Positions 25,301-34,410 of a stretch of 34,410 nucleotides of DNA are shown here, in pieces. The stretch is from Cyanophora paradoxa CCMP329 (Eukaryota; Plantae; Glaucophyta), in assembly GCA_004431415.1 (NCBI GenBank), contig QPMI01000380.1:1-34410 (forward strand). The letters run 5' to 3'. Position numbers and translations under genes: made by a program. Position 1 is the stretch's first letter. Each line of letters starts with the position of its first letter. Below the pieces are notes generated by a model that was given only the letters and a program-made list of their open reading frames with translations, made no database searches and had not been told where the DNA came from.

Positions 25301-25454
25301 GGCCCCGGGTTTCAATATGGCTGACAGTGAGGATCTGAGCACCCATGCATGCAGTGTTCATGATGATCATGATTTGATCATGAGGCTTTGCAAAGACCCC
25401 GACCTTATAACTGACTGGAGAGGTGTACCTGGGGTATTTCAAGGGATCTAGATT
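7083..25454. repeat. 347-bp head-to-tail tandem array, ~54 copies, derived from the capsid-like coding sequence
   Basis: TGATTTGATCATGAGG recurs at 7083 and 7430 (347 bp) and onward. ORF starts step by 347 (8696, 9043; 11783, 12130, 12477; 20398, 20745, 21092). The terminal copy reads in frame into unique coding sequence (KPHDQI|TEPIPLL). Confidence 0.98.
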
Positions 25455-26311
25455 CCGCCCCGTCCCGTCCCGCGAGCCGCGCCTCCGCCCCGCCCCACGA
25501 GCCCTGATGCCGCCCGCTGCGCCTCCGCCCCCGCCGGCGAGCTGCGCCGCCGCCCGCCGCGCCTCTGCCCGCCCAGCCAGCCTCGCGCGCGCCTCCACGC
25601 CACCGCCGCCCCGTCCGGCGCGCCGCGCCGCCGCCCGCCGCGCCTTCGCCCCGCCCGGCGAGCCGCGCCGCCGCCCGCCGCGCCTCCGCCCCGCCCGGCG
25701 CGCCTCGCCCGGCGACTCCTTGCCTCCGCGGCCCTGCCCGGCGTGCCGCGCCGCCGCCCGCCGCGCCTCTGCCCCGCCCGGAGCGCCTCGCCCGGCGCCT
25801 CCGCGCCTCCGCCGCCCCGCCCGGCGCGCCACGCCGCGCCCGCCGCGCCTCCGCCCCGCCCGGCGCGCCTCGGCCGGCTCCTCCGCGCCTCTGCCGCCCT
25901 GCCCGGCGTGCCGCGCCGCCGCCCGCCGCGCCTCTGCCCCGCCCGGCGCGCCTCGCCCGGCGCCTCCGCGCCTCCGCCGCCCACCCGGCGCGCCACGCCG
26001 CCGCCGCCGCGCCTCCGCCCCGCCCGGCGCGCCTCGGCCGGCTCCTCCGCGCCTCTGCCGCCCCGCCGGCGCGCCGCGCCGCCGCCGCCGCGCCTCCGCC
26101 CCGCCCGGCGAGGCGCGCCGCGCGCCGCCACCCGCCGGCTGGGGGCGTGGTAGTTCTCTGCGCCGGAGGTGCAGGGAGCTGCTGCCACAGGCGGGGCGCT
26201 GGGAGTTTGACACGATGGCGCTCGACGAGGCCACCCAGCGCCGCGCCCTCGCGTCCGCCCGCCTCGCCCCGTCGCGCCCCTCGCCCGCCCCGAGGCTCCC
26301 CACCTCTCCAC
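25455..26311. repeat. Extremely GC-rich low-complexity block with an internal 165-bp duplication
   Basis: Almost only C and G up to ~26140, with a recurrent CGCCGCGCCTC(C/T)GCCCCGCCCGGCG module. GCCCTGCCCGGCGTGCCGCG starts at both 25731 and 25896. Confidence 0.85.
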
Positions 26312-27032
26312 GGACCCCTGTCCTGTGAGATTTCAGGGGGCGATGGGGGCAGGCCCAAACACAACCTTGAAACTAGAAAACCAAACCCCTCCCTATCATG
26401 CAAACCTGCCAGAGTGCTCTGGCGAATCCCAGCGCTCCCTGCCTGCTGTTTCGTGTGGGTGGGGACCCCTGTGAAATTTCGGGGGGCGGTAGGGGCCACC
26501 CCGAACCCAACCTTGAAACTAGAAAACTAACACCCCTCCCTATCATGCAAACCTGCCAGAGTGCTCTGGCGGATCCCAGCGCTCCCCGCCTGCTGTTTCG
26601 TGTGGGTGGGGACCCCTGTGAGATTTCGGGGGGCGATGGGGGCAGCCCCGCACCCAACCTTGAAACTAAAAAACTAACACCCCTTCCAATCATGCAAACC
26701 TGCCAGAGTGCTCTGGCGGATCCCAGCACTCCCTGCCTGCTGTTTCGTGTGGGGGGGGCGATGGGGGCAGCCCCGAACCCAACCTCGAAACTAGAAAACT
26801 CACACCCCTCCCCATCATGCAAACCTGCCAGAGTGCTCCGGTGAATCCAAGCGCTCCCCGCCTGCTGTTTCGTGTGGGTGGGGACCCCTGTGAGATTTCG
26901 GGGGGCGATCGGGGCAGCCCCAAACCCAACCTCGAAACTAGAAAACTCACACCCCTCCCCATCATGCAAACCTGCCAGAGTGCTCTGGCGGATCCCAGTA
27001 CTCCCTGCCTGCTGTTTCGTGTGGGTGGGGAC
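26312..27032 (-). repeat. ~5 inverted monomers of the 147-bp satellite
   Basis: Reverse-complement monomers from GGACCCCTGTCCTGTGAGATTT to GTGGGTGGGGAC. One monomer has an internal deletion near 26750. Confidence 0.96.
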
Positions 27033-27111
27033 CGTCGCCAATCAGATTAACCGAGTCTCCAACCGTCAACCGTAAAAAAAGTCAAAACAGTCAAGTCGTG
27101 GACCGTCAACA

Positions 27112-27166
27112 TTCGACTTCGAGTTAAACGAAATGAACGTTTCGACTTCGAGTTAAACGAAATGAA
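27112..27166. repeat. Perfect 26-bp direct repeat (2 copies, 29-bp period) in the AT-rich spacer
   Basis: TTCGACTTCGAGTTAAACGAAATGAA at 27112-27137 and 27141-27166. Confidence 0.9.
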
Positions 27167-27205
27167 TAAAAACGAAAAACAAAAAAATAAAAAAATTGAA
27201 AATTT

Positions 27206-27538
27206 TCACTCCTTTTTCCTAGCGCCGGCCCCCACTTGTACTTTATCGTAGGTCAGTGTTAATGGGTTATCAATACCTGATACAAACCATAGCTTATGAT
27301 CAGGATCCCACTTGGCTCCACCCTTCTTAGCCTCCTCGCGATCCTCGAACGGGATTTTCAAATAAATTTTTTTATTTTTGCGCATTAATTCCGAAACGGC
27401 CACGGTACTATAGGTAGATAGAAGCTTATGTTCCGGCTCAGTTACAAACCAGCATTTATGCTTCATATCCCATTTAGCCCCAAGGGCTTTAGCTTCATCT
27501 TTTTGTTCAAAAGGGACCTCAATATAGATTTTCTCCAT
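27206..27538 (-). CDS. Small protein with two tandem DUF5710-like domains
   Basis: IYIEVPFEQKDEAKALGAKWDMKHKCWFV and IYLKIPFEDREEAKKGGAKWDPDHKLWFV both fit the DUF5710 pattern YL.VP(F/Y).EKD.AK..GA.WD...K.W(Y/F)V, known from giant-virus proteins and plasmid primases. Intact 110-aa ORF with an AT-rich leader (ATTATATAT). Confidence 0.85.
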   Translation of the reverse strand: MEKIYIEVPFEQKDEAKALGAKWDMKHKCWFVTEPEHKLLSTYSTVAVSELMRKNKKIYLKIPFEDREEAKKGGAKWDPDHKLWFVSGIDNPLTLTYDKVQVGAGARKKE

Positions 27539-27564
27539 TTCCTACTATACGGATATATAATATT

Positions 27565-27663
27565 TTACCTGGTTCGGATCCTAGTACTAGCCCTTATAGC
27601 TGGAGCCTTATCATAGGATGCTACAGCCTCTGCCCCACCGGCTAATTTCTCGGTTCCGGCTAC
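27565..27663 (-). pseudogene. 3' end of an unknown gene truncated by the satellite (VAGTEKLAGGAEAVASYDKAPAIRASTRIRTR*)
   Basis: Manual translation gives 32 open codons spanning all the unique DNA from the satellite junction to TAA at 27565-27567, 26 bp before the DUF5710-gene ATG. Confidence 0.35.
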
Positions 27664-30600
27664 TCACACGAAACAGCAGGCAGGGAGTGCTGGGATTCGC
27701 CAGAGCACCCTGGCAAATTTGCATGATAGGGAGGGGTGTTAGTTTTCTAGTTTTGGGGTTGGGTTCGGGGCTGCCCCCATCACCCCCCAAAATCTCACAG
27801 GGGTCCCCACCCACAGGAAACAGCAGGCAGGGAGTGCTGGGATTTGCCAGAGCACTCTGGCAGGTTTGCATGATAGGGAGGGGTGTAAGTTTTCTAGTTT
27901 TGGGGTTGGGTTCGGGGCTGCCACCATCGCCCCCCGAAATCTCACAGGGGTCCCCACCCACACAAAACAGCAGGCAGGGAGCGCTGGGATTCGCCAGAGC
28001 ACTCTGGCAGGTTTGCATGATAGGGAGGGGTGTAAGTTTTCTAGTTTCGGGGTTGGGTTCGGGGCTGCCACCATCGCCCCCCGAAATCTCACAGGGGTCC
28101 CCACCCACACGAAACAGCAGGCAGGGAGTGCTGGGATTCGCCAGAGCACTCTGGCTGGTTTGCATGATAGGGAGGGGTGTTGGTTTTCTAGTTTCAAGGT
28201 TGGGTTCGGGGCTGCCCCCATCGCCCCCCGAAATCTGACAGGGGTCCCCACCCACACGAAACAGCAGGCAGGGAGCGCTGGGATTCGCCAGAGCACCCTG
28301 GCAAATTTGCATGATAGGGAGGGGTGTTAGTTTTCTAGTTTCGGGTTGGGTTCGGGGCTGCCCCCATCACCCCTGAAATCTCACAGGGGTCCCCACCCAC
28401 AGGAAACAGCAGGCAGGGAGTGCTGGGATTTGCCAGAGCACTCTGGCAGGTTTGCATGATAGGGAGGGGTGTAAGTTTTCTAGTTTCGGGTTGGGTTCGG
28501 GGCTGCCCCATCGCCCCCGAAATCTCACAGGGGTCCCCACCCACACCAAACAGCAGGCAGGGAGCGCTGGGATTCGCCAGAGCACTCTGGCAGGTTTGCC
28601 TGATAGGGAGGGGTGTTAGTTTTCTAGTTTCCAGGTTGGGTTCGGGGCTGCCCCATTGCCCCCCAAAATCTGACAGGGTCCCCACCGACACGAAACAGCA
28701 GGCAGGTAGTGCTGGGATTTGCCAGAGCACTCTGGCAGATTTGCATGATAGGGAGGGGTGTTAGTTTTCTAGTTTCGGGGTTGGGTGCGGGGCTGCCCCA
28801 TCGCCCCCCGAAATCTGACAGGGGTCCCCACCCACACGAAACAGCAGGCAGGGAGCGCTGGGATTCGCCAGAGCACTCTGGCAGATTTGCATGATAGGGA
28901 GGGGTGTTAGTTTTCTACTTTCAGGGTTGGGTTCGGGGCTGCCCCCATCACCCCCGAAATCTCACAGGGGTCCCCACCCACACGAAACAGCAGGCAGGGA
29001 GTGCTGGGATTCGCCAGAGCACTCTGGCAGGTTTGCATGATAGGGAGGGGTGTTGGTTTTCTAGTTTCAAGGTTGGGTTCGGGGCTGCCCCCATCGCCCC
29101 CCAAAATTTCACAGGGGTCCCCACCCACACGAAACAGCAGGCAGGGAGTGCTGGGATTCGCCAGAGCACTCTGGCTGGTTTGCATGATAGGGAGGGGTGT
29201 TAGTTTTCTAGTTTCAAGGTTGGGTTCGGGGCTGCCCCCATCGCCCCCCGAAATCTCACAGGGGTCCCCACCCACACGAAACAGCAGGCAGGGAGCGCTG
29301 GGATTCGCCAGAGCACTCTGGCAGTTTGCATGATAGGGAGGGGTGTTAGTTTTCTAGTTTCGGGTTGGGTTCGGGCTGCCCCATCCCCCCGAAATCTCAC
29401 AGGGGTCCCCACCCACACGAAACAGCAGGCAGGGAGCGCTGGGATTCGCCAGAGCACTCTGGCAGGTTTGCATGATAGGGAGGGGTGTTAGTTTTCTAGT
29501 TTCGAGGTTGGGTTCGGGGCTGCCCCATCGCCCCCCGAAATCTCACAGGGGTCCCCACCCACACCAAACAGCAGGCAGGGAGCGCTGGGATTCGCCAGAG
29601 CACTCTGGCAGGTTTGCATGATAGGGAGGGGTGTTAGTTTTCTAGTTTCAGGTTGGGTTCGGGGCTGCCCCATTGCCCCCCAAATCTCACAGGGTCCCCA
29701 CCACACGAAACAGCAGGCAGGGAGCGCTGGGATTCGCCAGAGCACTCTGGCAGTTTGCATGATAGGGAGGGTGTTAGTTTTCTAGTTTCGGGTTGGGTTC
29801 GGGGCTGCCCCATCGCCCCCGAAATCTCACAGGGGTCCCCACCCACACGAAACAGCAGGCAGGGAGCGCTGGGATTCGCCAGAGCACTCTGGCAGTTTTG
29901 CATGATAGGGAGGGGTGTTAGTTTTCTAGTTTCAGGTTGGGTTCGGGGCTGCCCCATCGCCCCCCGAAATCTCACAGGGGTCCCCACCCACACGAAACAG
30001 CAGGCAGGGAGCGCTGGGATTCGCCAGAGCACTCTGGCAGGTTTGCATGATAGGGAGGGGTGTTAGTTTTCTAGTTCGAGGTTGGGTCGGGGCTGCCCCA
30101 TTGCCCCCCGAAATCTCACAGGGGTCCCCACCCACACGAAACAGCAGGCAGGGAGCGCTGGGATTCGCCAGAGCACTCTGGCAGGTTTGCATGATAGGGA
30201 GGGGTGTTAGTTTTCTAGTTTCGAGGTTGGGTTCGGGGCTGCCCCGATGCCCCCGAAATCTCACAGGGGTCCCCACCCACACGAAACAGCAGGCAGGGAG
30301 CGCTGGGATTCGCCAGAGCACTCTGGCAGTTTGCATGATAGGGAGGGGTGTTAGTTTTCTAGTTTCGAGGTTGGGTTCAGGGCTGCCCCATCGCCCCCGA
30401 AATCTCACAGGGGTCCCCACCCACACGAAACAGCAGGCAGGGAGCGCTGGGATTCGCCAGAGCACTCTGGCAGGTTTGCATGATAGGGAGGGGTGTTAGT
30501 TTTCTAGTTTCGAGGTTGGGTTCGGGGCTGCCCCATCGCCCCCCGAAATCTCACAGGGTCCCCACCCACACGAAACAGCAGGCAGGGAGCGCTGGGATTC

Positions 30601-33600
30601 GCCAGAGCACTCTGGCAGGTTTGCATGATAGGGAGGGGTGTTAGTTTTCTAGTTTCGAGGTTGGGTCGGGGCTGCCCCGATCGCCCCCCGAAATCTCACA
30701 GGGGTCCCCACCCACACGAAACAGCAGGCAGGGAGCGCTGGGATTCGCCAGAGCACTCTGGCAGTTTTGCATGATAGGGAGGGGTGTTAGTTTTCTAGTT
30801 TCGAGGTTGGGTTCGGGGCTGCCCCATCGCCCCCCGAAATCTCACAGGGGTCCCCACCCACACGAAACAGCAGGCAGGGAGCGCTGGGATTCGCCAGAGC
30901 ACTCTGGCAGGTTTGCATGATAGGGAGGGGTGTTAGTTTTCTAGTTTCGAGGTTGGGTTGGGGCTGCCCCATCGCCCCCCGAAATCTCACAGGGGTCCCC
31001 ACCCACACGAAACAGCAGGCAGGGAGCGCTGGATTCGCCAGAGCACTCTGGCAGGTTTGCATGATAGGGAGGGGTGTTAGTTTTCTAGTTTCGAGGTTGG
31101 GTTGGGGCTGCCCCATTGCCCCCCGAAATCTCACAGGGGTCCCCACCCACACGAAACAGCAGGCAGGGAGCGCTGGGATTCGCCAGAGCACTCTGGCAGG
31201 TTTGCATGATAGGGAGGGGTGTTAGTTTTCTAGTTTCGAGGTTGGGTTCGGGGCTGCCCGATCGCCCCCTGAAATCTCACAGGGGTCCCCACCCACACGA
31301 AACAGCAGGCAGGGAGCGCTGGGATTCGCCAGAGCACTCTGGCAGGTTTGCATGATAGGGAGGGGTGTTAGTTTTCTAGTTTCGAGGTTGGGTTCGGGCT
31401 GCCCCATCGCCCCCCGAAATCTCACAGGGGTCCCCACCCACACGAAACAGCAGGCAGGGAGCGCTGGGATTCGCCAGAGCACTCTGGCAGGTTTGCATGA
31501 TAGGGAGGGTGTTAGTTTTCTAGTTTCGAGGTTGGGTTCGGGGCTGCCCCATGCCCCCGAAATCTCACAGGGGTCCCCACCCACACGAAACAGCAGGCAG
31601 GGAGCGCTGGGATTCGCCAGAGCACTCTGGCAGGTTTGCATGATAGGGAGGGGTGTTAGTTTTCTAGTTTCGAGGTTGGGTTGGGGCTGCCCCATCGCCC
31701 CCGAAATCTCACAGGGGTCCCACCCACACGAAACAGCAGGCAGGGAGCGCTGGGATTCGCCAGAGCACTCTGGCAGGTTTGCATGATAGGGAGGGTGTTA
31801 GTTTTCTAGTTTCGAGGTTGGGTTCGGGCTGCCCCATCGCCCCCGAAATCTCACAGGGGTCCCCACCCACACGAAACAGCAGGAGGGAGCGCTGGGATTC
31901 GCCAGAGCACTCTGGCAGGTTTGCATGATAGGGAGGGTGTTAGTTTTCTAGTTTCGAGGTTGGGTTCGGGCTGCCCCATCGCCCCCGAAATCTCACAGGG
32001 GTCCCCACCCACACGAAACAGCAGGCAGGGAGCGCTGGGATTCGCCAGAGCACTCTGGCAGGTTTGCATGATAGGGAGGGTGTTAGTTTTCTAGTTTCGA
32101 GGTTGGGTTCGGGCTGCCCCATCGCCCCCGAAATCTCACAGGGGTCCCCACCCACACGAAACAGCAGGCAGGGAGCGCTGGGATTCGCCAGAGCACTCTG
32201 GCAGGTTTGCATGATAGGGAGGGTGTTAGTTTTCTAGTTTCGAGGTTGGGTTCGGGCTGCCCCTATCGCCCCCCGAAATCTCACAGGGTCCCCACCCACA
32301 CGAAACAGCAGGCAGGGAGCGCTGGGATTCGCCAGAGCACTCTGGCAGGTTTGCATGATAGGGAGGGGTGTTAGTTTTCTAGTTTCGAGGTTGGGTTCGG
32401 GGCTGCCCCATCGCCCCCGAAATCTCACAGGGGTCCCCACCCACACGAAACAGCAGGCAGGGAGCGCTGGGATTCGCCAGAGCACTCTGGCAGGTTTGCA
32501 TGATAGGGAGGGTGTTAGTTTTCTAGTTTCGAGGTTGGGTTCGGGGCTGCCCCGATCGCCCCCGAAATCTCACAGGGGTCCCCACCCACACGAAACAGCA
32601 GGCAGGGAGCGCTGGGATTCGCCAGAGCACTCTGGCAGGTTTGCATGATAGGGAGGGGTGTTAGTTTTCTAGTTTCGAGGTTGGGTTGGGGCTGCCCCAT
32701 CGCCCCCGAAATCTCACAGGGGTCCCCACCCACACGAAACAGCAGGCAGGGAGCGCTGGGATTCGCCAGAGCACTCTGGCAGGTTTGCATGATAGGGAGG
32801 GGTGTTAGTTTTCTAGTTTCGAGGTTGGGTTCGGGGCTGCCCCATCGCCCCCGAAATCTCACAGGGGTCCCCACCCACACGAAACAGCAGGCAGGGAGCG
32901 CTGGGATTCGCCAGAGCACTCTGGCAGGTTTGCATGATAGGGAGGGTGTTAGTTTTCTAGTTTCGAGGTTGGGTTCGGGCTGCCCCGATCGCCCCCGAAA
33001 TCTCACAGGGGTCCCCACCCACACGAAACAGCAGGCAGGGAGCGCTGGGATTCGCCAGAGCACTCTGGCAGGTTTGCATGATAGGGAGGGTGTTAGTTTT
33101 CTAGTTTCGAGGTTGGGTTCGGGCTGCCCCATCGCCCCCGAAATCTCACAGGGTCCCCACCCACACGAAACAGCAGGCAGGAGCGCTGGGATTCGCCAGA
33201 GCACTCTGGCAGGTTTGCATGATAGGGAGGGGTGTTAGTTTTCTAGTTTCGAGGTTGGGTTCAGGGCTGCCCCTATCGCCCCCCGAAATCTCACAGGGGT
33301 CCCCACCCACACGAAACAGCAGGCAGGGAGCGCTGGGATTCGCCAGAGCACTCTGGCAGGTTTGCATGATAGGGAGGGGTGTTAGTTTTCTAGTTTCGAG
33401 GTTGGGTTGGGGCTGCCCCATCGCCCCCCGAAATCTCACAGGGGTCCCCACCCACACGAAACAGCAGGCAGGGAGCGCTGGGATTCGCCAGAGCACTCTG
33501 GCAGGTTTGCATGATAGGGAGGGGTGTTAGTTTTCTAGTTTCGAGGTTGGGTTCGGGGCTGCCCCATGCCCCCCGAAATCTCACAGGGGTCCCCACCCAC

Positions 33601-34410
33601 ACGAAACAGCAGGCAGGGAGCGCTGGGATTCGCCAGAGCACTCTGGCAGGTTTGCATGATAGGGAGGGGTGTTAGTTTTCTAGTTTCGAGGTTGGGTTCG
33701 GGGCTGCCCCATCGCCCCCGAAATCTCACAGGGTCCCCACCCACACGAAACAGCAGGCAGGGAGCGCTGGGATTCGCCAGAGCACTCTGGCAGGTTTGCA
33801 TGATAGGGAGGGGTGTTAGTTTTCTAGTTTCGAGGTTGGGTTCGGGGCTGCCCCATCGCCCCCGAAATCTCACAGGGTCCCCACCCACACGAAACAGCAG
33901 GAGGGAGCGCTGGGATTCGCCAGAGCACTCTGGCAGGTTTGCATGATAGGGAGGGTGTTAGTTTTCTAGTTTCGAGGTTGGGTTCGGGCTGCCCCATCGC
34001 CCCCGAAATCTCACAGGGGTCCCCACCCACACGAAACAGCAGGCAGGGAGCGCTGGGATTCGCCAGAGCACTCTGGCAGGTTTGCATGATAGGGAGGGTG
34101 TTAGTTTTCTAGTTTCGAGGTTGGTTCGGGGCTGCCCCATCGCCCCCGAAATCTCACAGGGTCCCCACCCACACGAACAGCAGGCAGGGAGCGCTGGGAT
34201 TCGCCAGAGCACTCTGGCAGGTTTGCATGATAGGGAGGGGTGTAGTTTTCTAGTTCGAGGTTGGGTTGGGGCTGCCCGATCGCCCCCGAAATCTCACAGG
34301 GGTCCCCACCCACACGAAACAGCAGGCAGGGAGCGCTGGATTCGCCAGAGCACTCTGGCAGGTTTGCATGATAGGGAGGGGTGTTAGTTTTCTAGTTTCG
34401 AGGTTGGGTT
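27662..34410 (+). repeat. 147-bp tandem satellite, ~46 monomers (runs off the window end)
   Basis: Same unit and orientation as 1-5678. The distal part is near-consensus with many 1-bp homopolymer deletions. Confidence 0.98.

Larger units (their letters stand above)
5829..27661. mobile_element. Rearranged endogenous dsDNA-virus fragment (Polinton-like virus / virophage / small NCLDV-like morphogenesis module) embedded in satellite DNA
   Basis: Adjacent co-oriented capsid-like and A32-like ATPase genes, a DUF5710-like gene, short AT-rich spacers, no introns. No pPolB, integrase, recombinase or TIR is visible. Confidence 0.7.

Noticed and set aside
25248-26499. Long Arg/Gly/Ala/Pro-rich ORFs as genes
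   Set aside because: Nearly all frames are open because stop codons are rare at this GC content, and the ORFs start or end in unrelated repeats.
27192-27199. Mimivirus early promoter AAAATTGA
   Set aside because: It is an exact match, but lies inside an A-tract and points into the antisense of the DUF5710 gene with no downstream plus-strand ORF.
6021-27538. Alternative genetic code (TGA = Trp)
   Set aside because: The ATPase and DUF5710 ORFs contain several Trp, all read under the standard code with no internal TGA. The TGA/TGG site is better explained as a nonsense mutation.
5829-27661. Complete autonomous Polinton/Maverick
   Set aside because: No polymerase, integrase, protease, minor capsid or terminal inverted repeats are present, and unique viral sequence totals only about 2.2 kb.
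5829-27663. MPPKRK... and ...VAGTEK...RTR* as two halves of one gene
   Set aside because: Composition is similar, but under the better-supported inversion model they were originally on opposite strands.
27611-34387. Satellite ORFs as real genes
   Set aside because: They overlap on both strands and in several frames, have frequent frameshifts and show no recognisable domain.
1-34410. CRISPR array
   Set aside because: The repeats are contiguous 147- or 347-bp units with no unique spacers, and there are no cas genes.
29300-34410. Recent homogenisation of the right satellite
   Set aside because: Near-consensus sequence plus homopolymer deletions suggests collapsed or averaged assembly, which cannot be separated from biology here.

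Overview
The window looks like eukaryotic repeat DNA, about 90% tandem repeats. A 147-bp GC-rich satellite (1-5678 and 27662-34410 forward; 5679-5828 and 26312-27032 inverted) encloses an island of AT-richer, intron-less, virus-like genes. These are an A32/FtsK-HerA-type genome-packaging ATPase (6021-6725, -), the 3' part of a probable double-jelly-roll major capsid gene directly upstream of it (6790-7371, -), a protein with two DUF5710-like domains (27206-27538, -) and two small truncated ORFs. The most unusual feature is that an internal 347-bp piece of the capsid-like gene is amplified head-to-tail about 54 times (7083-25454), giving an 18-kb array apparently made from viral coding sequence. 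Satellite phase at the junctions suggests 5679-27032 is an inversion. Undoing it restores satellite continuity and joins the viral pieces into one fragment. Protein family calls rest on motif recognition only. The host cannot be identified. Parts of the arrays (about 22560-25260 and much of 28300-34410) show deletion-type errors typical of a poor long-read consensus.
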